Source: Raillietiella orientalis | Taxonomy: Eukaryota | DNA length: 64,000 nt | NCBI GenBank assembly: GCA_036172245.1 | Contig: JAYWIR010000004.1 | Span: 2,976,001-3,040,000 of the forward strand | Direction: 5' to 3' | In this document: in pieces, positions 40,550 to 52,604 of the stretch | Layout of the letters: the number at the start of each line of letters is the position of its first letter | Position numbering within the stretch: the first letter of the stretch is position 1 | Program-made: the position numbers and the translations under genes | Notes under the pieces: model-generated | Seen by the model: the letters and a program-made list of their open reading frames with translations, nothing else | Told to the model about the DNA's origin: nothing | The model's database searches: none

Positions 40550-41350
40550 GTGGCACTTACGCGCGCCGTCATTCGCTCGCCCCGGCGGCGGCCGCGCTCA
40601 CCGGGAGGTGCTACACCATGCGTGACTCTCCGGCCCGCGCCCTCCTACGCCCCGCGTACACAGGCGACCCACGCGTGCCGATCCGTACGCATGCTGCGTC
40701 GCCGCATTGCGTTTCCCGTCCGCGCAGCGTGTGTTCCACGCAGCCTGAACGTCCGCGCGCAAGCTGCGCGACACGCTCGCGCCCAGACGACAGCAACGGC
40801 CACGCTGCTTTCGCCCGCGCTCGCGCAGGATGCGCACCCCGCATTCGTGTGCACGCCAGATTGGCGCGCTGCAGGCGCACGCCCGCGCGCGCCTGCACGC
40901 ATTGTGTGCGCGTACCGCGCTCGTTTGTCTTTGCTGTCTGCCATTTTTTTTTTTTTTTCTTCCCAAATTCGCGCGCTGTGCGCACACGCCTGCACACATC
41001 GCCGTCGTGCCACGTGACTCTGTGCATGCTGTACGCATCGCGTTGCGTGCGTGCCGCCGTGCAAGCGCGCGCAGCTCGCCGCGGCACGTCCGTCGTGTCC
41101 ACGGCAGCGACAACGCGCGTGGTATACCTTCATCGAGAAAGGAGGGGAAGCCTCGCGCACGCGCGTGCGTCGCGTCCTCAGGATCCGCGTACGCGCGCGC
41201 GTTCGTTTCCACGCTCTCCGACATGGCGGCGACGCATGCGCGCAGTCGGCGTGCATTGCGTAAACGGCGGCGGCTTCCCTCCGCGTTTCGCAATGCGCGG
41301 TCGCGCTGGCTGGCGGCAGCGGCTCGCGCGCCACTGCCGCCGCGGAACCT
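40550..41350. promoter_or_regulatory. CpG-dense, promoter-like island
   Basis: Extreme density of CG/CGCG/CACGCG. Outward-facing YY1-like motifs: AAAATGGCAG on minus (~40947-40938) and ACATGGCGGC on plus (41221-41230). NRF1-like CGCATGCGCG at 41233-41242. No LINE motifs recognised. Confidence 0.55.
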
Positions 41351-42049
41351 CCCCCCCCTCTCCGTTCCGGTTCTTCCCCTCCCCCCTTCCACCCCACTTT
41401 CCTTTTTCCCGCGTTCCCTCCGTGCCACTCGGGAGCTCCGCATTTCTCCTTCCGCCCCGAGGAAGGGGTACGGACGAGGGTTCATCCGACCCCTGCCGTC
41501 CCCTCCCCTCCCCTTCCTCCTCTGCCGCCGTCCCGCGCTTGCTCGGGGACCGGGAACGTCAATCCGGGCGTCCTCCCTCTCCCGCCGCCATTGCCTGATC
41601 CTGCCGTCTCCCTGGGATACGCAGAAATGGCGGAAAGGGCGGAAAGCGAGAGGAGGAGACGCAGCCGGAAGGGACGGGCACGAAGGAGGACCCCTCGCGC
41701 CTCCATCCCCTTGCCCACCTTATCCCCTGCGCATCCCGGGAGAGTGGAGGAGAAGGCGTCGCCGCTGCATGTGCGCGCTCTTCGATCGGGGATGGGATGG
41801 GAGAGGTCTCGGAGGAACGCGCGGGGACAGGGAGCGAAGGTGGCCTGTGACCGGCCGGGGGTCGCGCCCCCTACTCTTTCTCCGCCTCTCTGGGAGACCG
41901 CGTGACTCCCCTCCGGGAGGGGCATCGTCCGACGAGCACGGGGCGGTTTCTCCCAGAGCTGTCCAGGGAGGCGAGTCCGGGACGTGGCCGCCACTCCTCG
42001 AGCGGCGCGTCCGGAAACGGGTACCCGCGGATCCGGGAGTAGGGACGCT

Positions 42050-42230
42050 GCTTGCTCCGGGAGCGGCATCCGGACGAGCGCGCCGTATCGTAAATCCCGG
42101 CCCGGGAGCGAGCGGCTGCGGAGGATCGATACCGGGTGCGGGAGCCGGAAGGATGGGCGCCACGACTCCCCTGGAGGGTCTTTGCCACCGGCTTTCGGGG
42201 AGGGGGGAACGAAGGGCACGCGGTTGGGAT
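42050..42230 (+). mobile_element. RNase HI-like retroelement fragment
   Basis: VNPGPGASGCGG...ATTPLEG aligns with FSNVSVDTCHGACGCGWILVDGDDRATLLRA at 61070-61175 (-). Confidence 0.35.
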
Positions 42231-42949
42231 CGCCACGGCAAAAGAGGGGCGCACTCTTCTCTCCTCCCTTTCCGCATCCCTCTTTCAAGGATTTCTCTTG
42301 TTCCTCTTTCCCCTGAGTGTCTTCGCAGAGAATTCCCCTCCCCTGCGGGCATGTCCCCGGGAACAGGTCACGAAAAAGCCCCCCCCCTTCCTTCCCCAAA
42401 ACCGAAGGCGCACGCGTGAGTTTCCTAAAGATGCTTCCCCGGGACTGTCGGGATGACTCTGTTGTTTTTCTCGCCCGTCATTCTTGTCGCTCCTTTTCTT
42501 TCCCCTCCCCTTTGAAAGAACAAAGAGAAGGGGAGACGCCCCGAATCCCCCTCCAAAATGTGGGAGCAGATCGCCCGCATTTGTCACGAGACTGACCTCA
42601 GGGGTGGTCTTCCTCTTCGACGAGGGCGAGACTCTAAGGGGAGCAGGAGCAAACGCTTCTCGGCACTCGTCTGCATTTTTTCGCGATCCGCCGGACGAGG
42701 GCAGCAGAGAGGAGTGGCAAGGATTGCGGCAAACCGAGCAGAGGCATCTATGAACGAAAGGAAGCACCATGCGCGTCCAGACCCGCGACGGCCGGCAGCC
42801 TGTCGGTACGATTGCTCCTCAAGGGAACGGAAGAGGGTGTCAACAAGCACACATCTTTTCTCCCTAGGGCTCTCCCCCCAAATATCTCCAGGGGTGCCTC
42901 CTCCCCCCTCTCTCCCCCGGTTTCCGGATAACGGACTGCCTTTCCCTCC

Positions 42950-43422
42950 GCACCTCATACCTCCCTGACTGGTGGCGCGCGAGCCGGGCAGCGTCGGTCA
43001 CTGGAGCAGTGGGGGAGGCCGCCGCCCTCGCTGCTCCCCTGCGGCCGGCGGTCGTGGAGTGAACGACCGGCTGCTGTGGCGGTGGGGAAGCTGCGCTTCC
43101 TTCGGAGGAGGAATGGCAACGGCCTGCCGGGAGAGAAAGGGCGTGGCTGCGCGCGTGCGAGGGGCCCCAGGTCCTGCATCCCTCTCTCTCCCTCTCCTCC
43201 TCCTCCTCTCGGGAAGCATTGTAATTGCCGCCGCACTCTTGCGCAACGCTGCGGGCGGCCTGCCGGGCGCCTCCCAGGCGTTCCTCGCCTCCGCCGTCCG
43301 GTGCTGGGTGGGGCGCGGGGAGACGAGAGACCGAGATTAGGGAGCATGAGAGGGAATGGAGCCGGGAGGGGCGGAAGCGCGGGCTGACCACCCGGTCCCG
43401 CCGGTCCGCAAGATGGCAAATT
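42950..43422 (-). mobile_element. Probable LINE 5'-end remnant, copy 2
   Basis: Reads AATTTGCCATCTTGCGGACCGG on the minus strand at its right end, as at 39812-39833. Confidence 0.35.
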
Positions 43423-44469
43423 GAGTCGGGGGGGGGGGGGTAGAGGATGATGGGGGTCCCACCCAGAGAAATGCATGCGCCCGTCGTTGTGGCAACGGTT
43501 GGTCGCGTCCGAAAGCGGCCCGCGAAGGGAAGGGGAGGTGCCCCCCTCAGCATTCGTTTGCCTCCTCTCCGTTGCTGGCCAGATCTTCTGGGGTGCGTGG
43601 GGAGGGGTGAGGGGTGAGGAAGGGGAGTTGGCGGAGGGACGACGGGTCTCCGCGATGGGGACCGGCACAGAACACGTGCAGCCTTTCTGTCTTGCGGAAG
43701 GGGAAGAAGGGCTACTACCTGCCCCCCCGGAGGGCGGGTAAGCCATTTTCCCGAGTTAACCCTCCTGAGGACCCGAGGACCGTGGGACGGTCTCCCTGAC
43801 AGAGCCGGCGCATGCATCTCGGCAGACGCTCTCCTGGGAGGGCGGGGGCTGGTCGGCCGACCCCTCCCTCGTCGCTCAGAGAACTCGGAGCAGGCGGCAG
43901 TTGCTGTTGCTGCATCGCCACCGTTTTCTGCCGCTCTCGAGCGGCGGAAGACGGGACGACGGGTGGTCGCAGGTGGCGCCGCCACCTCCGCGGGGCGCGG
44001 ATGCTGCAGACGGAAGGGGGCGGTTCCGAATGGGGTCACCCGACGACCGGGACGCCCTCGCGCGGCGGCGCGCGCGAGTTAGGAAGTGATGAAATCCACC
44101 ACGAGGAGCCGAAGGGAGGGCACCCTTCTGTTGGTCTCTCCCTCCCGCACCAGAGGATGCTTCCCTTCCCCGCGCTGCTTACCCTCTGCAGACGGGAACC
44201 CTGATACTCCTTCTCCTTGGCGGGGGCGCGGGCGCGCTCCTCCGGGACTCTCCCCTTCCGCCTCCCTGGACGCCTGCGCGAGCGTTCTGGAAGAAAGGTC
44301 TGGGGGAAGGGAGAGAGGGGAATTCGAAGAGCGAGGATCCTTCGACAGGACCCCTTCACCATCCTGGCCCCATTCCTCATTCTCCGCCGACTCAGAGCCT
44401 GGAAGAGCTGCCTTAAGAGGGAAAAGGGGAGGAAGGAGAAACCCTCATCATCCTGGTTCCCTCAGAGGA

Positions 44470-45417
44470 GTTTTCACGAGGTCGCTCCGAGGGGGGGGCA
44501 ACCCTTGTAAGAATCCTAAGGTATCCAAAATCCACAAGAGGGGTTTTTCCTTCGGGGAGGGACCTCCAATGCCAACGCAAGTCCCGGAAGCATTCCGACT
44601 CGCCAGTGTCCCATCCGGGATGCCAGCCCCAGTCCCTCGTGACGTGCGCCTGCCACCGCCTTGCTGTCATCCACAGGGAGAAGGAGACTATGGGAATGGC
44701 GTCCCCCTTCGTCCGGCCCCTTTCGGTGCGACTCCTCGCCTCCTCGGCTTCGCGGAGGTCAGCGCCGAGCGGCGGCCTCTGCCGGGGGCTACGCTGCGCC
44801 AAGCACGAAGGGGAGCCTCATCACCTCTTTCGGGTTGCCCCTCGGGGATTGCGGGGTCGCAGCAAGGCGCTCCCACACTCTCCGGAGGGCAAGAAGCGGG
44901 TGTGAGTGATTTTACCTTCCCCGCACCGCTCACATCCCGGACCCGCGTCCTCCCCGGTACAGCGATGTGGGCGCGCGCTGAGGGATGCAAAACCGGACCC
45001 TGCCGGGCTCCAGGGAAAGCACAGAACTGTCCGAAGGCACCTTAGGGACCTCCAAGAAGATCGGTCCAGCATAGAAGTCGTCTCTTGGAGTGGCTTTTCG
45101 CACGGTCACCCCAAAATATTCACTCAACAACAGACCTACATATGCGGCACGACACGACGTCCCCTACCCGCTGGGCCTGCCTGGGACTGGCCGAACAGAC
45201 GCCGCGCCTTTGGCTGCTGCGCTGTCCACGCGCTCAGAAGGTTTTTCCTGCCTTGGATGCTGCAGGACACCTCCCACCTTACCGGAAGGTCGCTGTCCCT
45301 TACTCTCCTTAGGGAGGGCAGTACTGGGCAAGAGGGGCGAACGAAGAAGCCCACAGCTTGCGTGGGTCGTACGCGATCTCCTGCAGCGGCTGCCGAGCGG
45401 ACCTGCCTCGCTGCAGG
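44470..45417 (-). mobile_element. Family-A L1/Tx1-like 3' fragment
   Basis: RWEVSCSIQGRKNLLSAWT, a degenerate zinc finger, and a tail motif near 44470-44495. Confidence 0.7.
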
Positions 45418-47092
45418 TTTTATTTACATAAAAAATAAACTTACAAGTGGGTGGCAGGACATTTGGTCCTGCCACGTTACATGTATATACAAAAAGGAAC
45501 CTGCGTAGAACCGGCGCGCAGACCGGTCTCGACAGAAAAGGGGAAGGGGAACAAAAAAAAATAAAAATAAAACAAAAACATAAATATATACAAAAAAAAT
45601 TGGGAGGTTTCGGGAAAGGATCACCGGATGTTGGAGGGCGTCCTTTGCATCCTTGGCAGCATGCCGGCAAGTTTCTGGTTTAGGATCCCCAGATAGGCCT
45701 GTTATGAAGGGGACGGTTCAATATATGGCGTCCCTATTATTTTGGCTTCCTCTGGCGTTGCTCCATGTAGCCACGATCCCGCGTAGGCAGCAAAGTGCTG
45801 CTAGGGATGCGGCCGGCGTGAGGGCATCGCTCTGGAAGAGGAGCTTCATATCGTCTCTGGGGGTTGCCCTCGGGGATCCGCAGGGACGCAGCAAAGCTTT
45901 CCCACAGGGGCCGGAGGGCAACACAATCCACAAGCAGGTGTGGGAGGGACTCTCTTTCCCTGCGCCTGCTGCAGTTCGGGTTCACCTCTTCCCCCGGGTC
46001 CAATGGTGTCGGCGGGCCCCGATGCAACAGCAGGATCGCCGACTCCTGCCACTCTAGGGGGAGGGTTGCACTGCTCCGCCACGCTCGGTGCCACTTCACC
46101 TCCTACGGATGAATTTGTAGCAGTAGCTCCCCCCAGCGTAGCAGTCCTTTGGGAAGGACACTCAGGGTGGCAGCATCTGTCAGCTCTCGAGTTGTCCACG
46201 TACTTAATTGCTTTTTTCTGTTCTCAATTGTACACGTCGCCTCCCACTTGGCTTCCCGTAGGGAGAGCAGCACTAGGGCAAGAGGGTGAACGACGCCCAA
46301 AGCAGATTCCTGGTGTTAAGCAGGATCTCCCTCAACGATTGGCGGGCGTATCTGCTGTTCCGCAGGCAGGCGCGCTCCACCTCGCTTGAGTCGTGGGTCT
46401 TCTTCTCTCATGTGGGGACTGACCCTTGCAGCCAGGCGGTGCAGTTCGAGGAGGCGCAGGAGATCCAAGTATTCTTCTGCACCAAGGCAATCACTTCTTT
46501 CAGTTGGAGGCCAGAATGCCTCAAACTGTCATGTCACGAGAACCGAAGATGTTCTTTTGCGGACGGTTGCTCTCTTGAGGAGGAGGTGTGCTGGCGCGCA
46601 CCAAGGCGTGGTCCATAGCCTCGCCGCGAGGGCGAATCTTTGATATGGAGCTGACTCTCCATCTTCTCCAGAGTAAGGAGGCCCAGTCCAGTATCCCTAC
46701 GCGGAGCACAAAAGTCTTTCAACTGGACTCGGAACCTCCCTGTGCAATATAGGGCTTTTCTGAGTAGGTCCTCGCTCCGTTTCCTGATGTCGGGTGGGAC
46801 GAGGAAAACAAAAAGTAGGGGACGGAGGAGGGAACCGCAAACGCGTTCTACACCGCGGCCCGTTCCGGCAAACAAAACCTGTTCTGGGACGGGTCGAGCG
46901 CCACCTCTACTTTCCAGATACAGCCGCACCAGGGTGCTGCTGCAACGCAGAAGTCCCCCTACGGAACACCGAGGTACTTCAAGCACCCTCCCGTGGGAAT
47001 CTTCAAGAGGATCCAGTCCGATCTCCGGTCCACGCCACATCGACCGGTATCAACGACGACATCGCCCTGTTCACTTCCAGGCCCGTTCTCGC
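45418..47092 (-). mobile_element. Family-A L1/Tx1-like copy, RT6-7 to 3'UTR
   Basis: TGLEVNR, LKYLGVP, LKDFCAPRRDTGLGLLTLEKMESQL, TLPLEWQESAILLLH, CSRRRERESLPHLLVDC, then 3'UTR with AATAAA. Confidence 0.85.
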
Positions 47093-47094
47093 CC

Positions 47095-47715
47095 GCCGAT
47101 GTCTCTGGACCTGGAGTGTGTGCGCACTCCAGTTGTGTCAGGTGCGGGAACGTGAATTGCTCCGCACCTGCTTGTGGACTGTGCTACTTCACGACCTCTG
47201 GGGGGCCGTTTCGTGACGACTCTCCGCCCCACAAGTGGCGACCCCATGGACGCTGTAAGATCCCTCTTCGTACGCGATGTCCTTCGTCCAGCAGCCTTGC
47301 TAGCAGCTCTCTGCAGCCTACGTGGGATTGTAGCGACCTGAAGCGATGCAAGCGGAGGACAGAGCGACAGAGGTGCCGCGTCCACTTCGCCGTCTGATTC
47401 ATGAGGATGACAACAAGATGGTCCCATCTGGATAGCAATATCCAGCAAGATCTTGCAGGCATCCTCCAAAGAATGCACAGGACCTCCCCCAGCAGGACGT
47501 TATCCCTTCCCGTGCCACCCAAAGTTATTTATATCTATATTTCTATTTCGATTTTCGTTGCCTCCCGTCTTCCCTACTGTCGAGGTCATCCTATCCGGTG
47601 TGAGCACTGGACACTCGGCAAGCTGTTCCGGTCAGGACTTGATAGGGTCAATGGCCCTACCATTTTGTTTTGCTTGCTGTTTGCAAGAAACGCCCCGATG
47701 ATCTCGGGTGAAAGT
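47095..47715 (+). mobile_element. Family-A 3' fragment (zinc finger to tail)
   Basis: SSCVRCG zinc-finger remnant, DLAGILQRMHRT, 3'UTR and tail hairpin at 47694-47708. Confidence 0.8.
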
Positions 47716-47719
47716 CCAG

Positions 47720-47950
47720 ACCAGCTCCCCAACTTGGTAACTCGAAGAAACTCTCGAATGTTGACGTCGGGGTGGTCATGGGAGAGCAGCGGCAGAAGAT
47801 CGCCGGCGTAGGTCGACACGCAGTCATGACAAGGCACGGACTAGGCAGGGTGGCCAGAGTCTCGCCCCTGAATTCCCGCAGCACCAACTCGAAGTCCGTG
47901 CCGAAGGGCAGGACAGGACAACGGTCGCGCGTTCCGGGATCTCCAGAAGG
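47720..47950 (-). mobile_element. RT domain 4-5 remnant
   Basis: GTRDRCPVLP..FELVL (like RQGCPLSP.LF.LVL) followed, after a frameshift, by VSTYAGDLL (like YADD). Confidence 0.55.
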
Positions 47951-48029
47951 AGCTCTTGATCGACGCGGACGACTGCCCCTTGCAAATGGACTGCGACCGC
48001 GAGGGCTCCTGGCGCTTCCGCTCCCAGCC

Positions 48030-49140
48030 AGCCTCACAGTCCCTGACCAGTCAGGAATCTAGGATCACTTTGACCGCCTGATGCAACCCTTTGTTCTGAA
48101 TGAGAACGGCAACTGGCCTGCAGCAGATCAGTCCGAAACGGTGTACATCTGTTCTGTACCGACGTAGATAACTTCCTCAGGAATCAGTCCAAACATTCGC
48201 AAGCAGCTTGGTGGACCTCGTTGGTCCGACACCAGCTGTTGATGCTGCATACGTCTCTTCCCTCCTGGAGGAAGTGCACTCTTGCTGATCAGAAGGAAAC
48301 CGGTCCCTCATCTCTTTCCCGAGTCAGTGCATGCAGCTGCTGCACCAAAGCTCTCCTCAACCAGCTCACCAACACTACGACCCCGAGTGCTCGACCTCAT
48401 GGACTTTTGCACTGGGATGTGCTACTGGACATTCTGGAAAAAGACCTGCAGTGGCCCCCGGCGCTCATGAAGATCCGTACCCTACCCTTAAAGTGGCAGG
48501 AGTCGACATTGATGCTGTTGTACTAGGGCCTCCTTTACAAAGCCCCCTGGCATCATTGGATACGGGGGTGCGTGGATCTAAACTGTACAAGGTGCGGGGA
48601 GCGTGAATCCATCCCACACCTCCTAATGGACTGTGTTGTCCTCCGACCCCTTTGGAAACGCTTTGCCGCGACCCTTGGAACCCCCGGCGGCAACGCCAGA
48701 GACGTTTAAAAGTGCCTCTTCCTGCGAAACGTCCTCACGCCGGTCGCATCCCTAGCGGCACTGTGCTGCCTACGAGGGATCATGGCTGCATGGAACAACG
48801 CCAGAGGAGGCCAGGACGACAGGGACGCCATCTATTTTTCTGTTCTCTTCATGAGGACAGCGTCAACACGGCCCCACCTGGGAGTCTTGAAACAGGAACT
48901 TGCCGGCATCCTTTCAAGGATGCTGAGGACACCCTTGAGCATCCGGTGATCCTTTCCCAAAACCTCCCAATTTTTTTGTATATATTTATCTTTTTTTTGT
49001 TTTATTTTCATTTTTGTTTGTTCCCCTCCCCCTCGTCTGTCGAGACGAACCTCTCCGGCATGCGTGCCAGCTTCCAGGAGAATTATTATTATGAAGTTTG
49101 TTGATAAAAATAAACGCCCCGGCGTGATCGGTTATCAACC
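48030..49140 (+). mobile_element. Family-A 3' fragment
   Basis: GLLHWDVLL, IRTLPLKWQESTLMLL, CTRCGERESIPHLLMDC, 3'UTR, AATAAA at 49109. Confidence 0.85.
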
Positions 49141-49159
49141 AAAGCACTCCCACGCGAAG

Positions 49160-50760
49160 CATCGACAAAACTTCCTAGTCAGGCCGTTTTGCTGCCGGTG
49201 CTTCTCTCTTCTTGAGCTTTCCGACGGCAGCCACAATTCTGTTTACCGCGAACGGCTCTCTGGAGGTGTTGCGCGACTCCTGCCGATTGAAGAAACCCTC
49301 GGGCTGCAAACGCCGCGCGAAGCGGGAACGCGACAGCAGTCGTACTCCTGCAATGCCCTTGAGTACATGGATGTGTGAAAATCTCTTGCAGTGCGCCTCA
49401 CCACTTTTGAGTTCGCTTAAAAGACCTGTGTGCTCCGCGTTAGGATGGTGGACTGGACCTCCCTACGATGGAGCGGATGGAGAGACAGCTCCGATTCAGA
49501 AGACTCGCCCTCGCGAAGAAGTTTTGGACAACGCCATGGTACGAACCAGCACGGCTCCTCGCCAGCAGAGCGACCGGCTGCGTAGGATTGACCTCTATCC
49601 TCGTGGACAACGACACCAGCCTGAGGCAAGGTGGCCAGTTTAATAGAATATTTTGTTTACAACGAAATCAGCTGCGTCGATTGCTTGCCTTGGTGCAGGA
49701 GAACATATGGGTCTCCTGCCTCCCAGCGAACTGCACTGCCTGGCTTCAGGAGTCAGTTGCAGCATGGGGAAAGATCCACGGCTCGAGCGAGGTAGAGTAC
49801 GCCTGCCTCCGGAAAGAGAGGCTCGCTCGACAGCCCCTGCGGGAGATAGTATGCAACCCACGCAAACTACTGTGGACCTCGTTCCTCTCCCTGAAAAACG
49901 CGAGGGACAGCAATGAACCGGCAAGAGGGGAAGTGTCCTGCCGTATCGAAGGCAGGGAAAAACTTTTAAGCTCGTGGACAACTCGGGAACCAGCGGACAC
50001 TGCGACCCCAAGTGTCCCGCCGAAAAGACTTGTACGCTGGGGCGAGTTGCTCACGATACCTCCGGAGGAGGTGAAGTGGCCCCCAGCGTGCTGGGATAGC
50101 GGCACCCTCCTCCTCGAGTGGCGGGAGTTGGTTTATCGCCCGAATTTTTTTCAATTACAATTAGCATCTTAATTTGGTAATCTATCCCTCAAGTGGCAAG
50201 AGGTAGCGTTGCTAGTGTTGCATTGGGGAATCTCATGCCAAGCACGTCTCCATCATTGGACACGGGGGAGTGTCGATGCCAATTGAGAAAGTTGCGGAAA
50301 GAAGGAGACCTTCCCGCCCTTATTAAAAGATTGTGTCGGTCTCGGAGCCCTTTGGGAATGACTCTCATCGATCCTTAAAATCCCGGTAGGCGAGCTCAAG
50401 AATATTTTCCTCTGCCTCTTCATTCATGAGTGACGCCCTGCCGCCAGCCGCATCTCTAGCTGTGCTCTGCTGTGGAATCGTGGCAAGCCAGAACGCCAGA
50501 AGAAGGGGTTACAATAGCAGAGGTGCCATCCATTGGACGGAAATCTTCTTGTAAGACCACTTCCCGATGGCCCAAGTGCAACCAAAAAACACAGAACTTG
50601 TCAGCATCCTGAACAGGATGCAGAGGACGTCTCACGGCGAACAGTGATCCTTCTCTGCTTGCCCTCCCCTCCCCATGAAACTTCCCCTACCCCCTTTTTT
50701 TTTTTCTTTTTGTCTGTTTGTGGTTTTCCCTTCCCCTTCGCCGCTGGAGCGGACCTCACC
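49160..50760 (+). mobile_element. Family-A fragment, post-RT region to partial 3'UTR, with an AT-rich insert at ~50130-50190
   Basis: MERMERQLRFRRLALAKKFWTTPWY...CTAWLQESV...EVSCRIEGREKLLSSWTTRE (ORF 49468-50172). Confidence 0.85.
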
Positions 50761-50764
50761 GATC

Positions 50765-51133
50765 TGTGTGATCAGGTGGAGCGCGCCTGCCTGCGGAACA
50801 GCAGATACGCCCGTCAACCGTTGAAGGAGATCCTGAGTAACACCAGGAATCTGCATTGGGCGTCGTTCACCTCCCTTGCCCCATTGCTGCCTCCCTAAAG
50901 GATTCAAGGGACAGTGACCTTCCGACACGGTGGGAGGTGTCCTGCCACATCCAAGGTGGGAAAAGCCTTCTGGCCGCGTGGACAACGAGGCAGCTCACGG
51001 ACTCTGTGACCCCGAGTGTCCCGCAAAAAAGACTTTTACGATAGGATGAGCTTCTCACAATGCTCCGGAAGAGGTGAAGCAGACCCCAGCGTGCTGGGAT
51101 AGCGGCACCCTCCCCCTCGAGTCGCGGGAGTTG
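50765..51133 (+). mobile_element. Family-A internal fragment
   Basis: QVERACLRNSRYARQPLKEIL and RWEVSCHIQGGKSLLAAWTTRQL. Confidence 0.8.
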
Positions 51134-51199
51134 GTTTATCGCCCGAATTTTTTTCAATTACAATTAGCATATTAATTTTTGACATTGAATTTATTACAA

Positions 51200-52600
51200 T
51201 TATCACGCAGGGGAGTTTATTATAAAAAATAAGCATACATGTGTAGAGCCATCAGCCCTACATTGTCCGAAAATGCTCGGAATCTGCCGAGTAACCGGCA
51301 TGCAGGTCAGCGAGGTCGCCTCGACAGCAGAAGGAGAGGGATCAAACAAAACAAAAAAAAAAAGTATATACAAAAATTGGGAGGGTTAGAGAGATGATCA
51401 CCGGGTGCTGGAGGCGTCTTCTGTATCCTTTCGAGGATGCCAGCAAGTTCCTTGAGTATGTCCCAGGCGGGGCCATCTAGCTGCCGTCTTCATGAAGCTC
51501 AGGGCGAAACAGATGGTTCAGGTGGCGTCCCTATCGCGCCATCCTCCTCTAACGTAGCTCCAGCCCGTCACAATCCTCGTAGGCAGCAAACAGCTGCTCG
51601 GGGTGCGGCAGGCGAAAGGGTATCGCTCACGAAGAGGCGCTTCATCACGTCCCTGGGATTGCCCGTGGGTGCACCAAGGGTCAGTTGCGTAACGCAACCA
51701 CAGGGGCCAGAGGGCAACATAGTCTACAAGCAGGTGCGAGAGGGATTCCCGTTCTCCGCACCTACAACAGTGGAGTCCACAGTCCCCCGGGTCCAGTGAA
51801 AACGGCAGGCATTTCACGGGAGATCCCAGTGCAACAGCAGAATTGACGGCTCCTTACACTTCAGGAGGAGGTCTGATTGTTCTTCAGCGCTGGGGAGCAC
51901 TCGAGGTCTTCCTTTAGAATTCTCACCTCAGCACAATAGTCCTTTCAGTGGGACAATTGGGGTCGCAGCATCCGTGATCTGGCCCGTGGTGCAACCACCT
52001 AGTTCCCTCGTGTTCTGACTGATTTCGCAACGGACCTCCCATTTGGCTAGCTGGTTACTGCGTAGGTGCTCCCTGAGAAGGGCAGTGCTGCAGCCAGGGA
52101 GGTTTTCCTGGTAGGCTGCACGATGACGTCCTGCAGCGAGCGGATGTCATAGAAGGAGTGCAGCAGTCGCTGCTGCATCTCGGGGTCCGCTTCGTTGTTC
52201 TTGGCCCATGTGCGGACGGTTTCCTGCAACCAGGCGCTACCGTTCACAAGCCGGTAGAAGACCCAGTTGTTGGTCCTGGTCAGCTTGGCCACTCGTCAGA
52301 GCTCCAGTCCGCAAATGGACACGTTGCGTCTGCGCCGCTGCGCCAGGAACGAAGACAGTCCCACGTAGCCACTGGCTCGCTTGACCAAGTATTGTACGGG
52401 TTCGCACCAGTTCGTGCTCCAAACCTTCGCCACTGGCAAGCGTCCTCCACTGAAACTGCCGCTCCCGGCTCTCCAGCATCAGGAGGCCGAAGCCTCCGTC
52501 GCGAGGTGGAGCGCACAAGTCCTTCAGGCGGACTTGAGGTCTCCCTGTACCCACAGGGCGATTCTCAGGAGGTCCTTCATCCACCTTTTAATGCTACTCG
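51200..52600 (-). mobile_element. Family-A copy, post-RT region to 3'UTR
   Basis: LKDLCAPPRDGGFGLLMLE, SAWLQETV, CCRCGERESLSHLLVD, 3'UTR. Confidence 0.85.
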
Positions 52601-52604
52601 GTGT

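Noticed and set aside
40910..40944. Minus-strand mini-exon MADSKDKRAR|GTACGC as a distal first exon of bab
   Set aside because: Splicing to the 5995 acceptor is out of frame with the BTB ATG and stops at it; the donor is weak and there is no other support.
40414..44039. Long overlapping ORFs (394, 529, 391 aa and others)
   Set aside because: Multiple frames on both strands are open because of extreme GC content; no coherent domain apart from the short RNase H-like patch.
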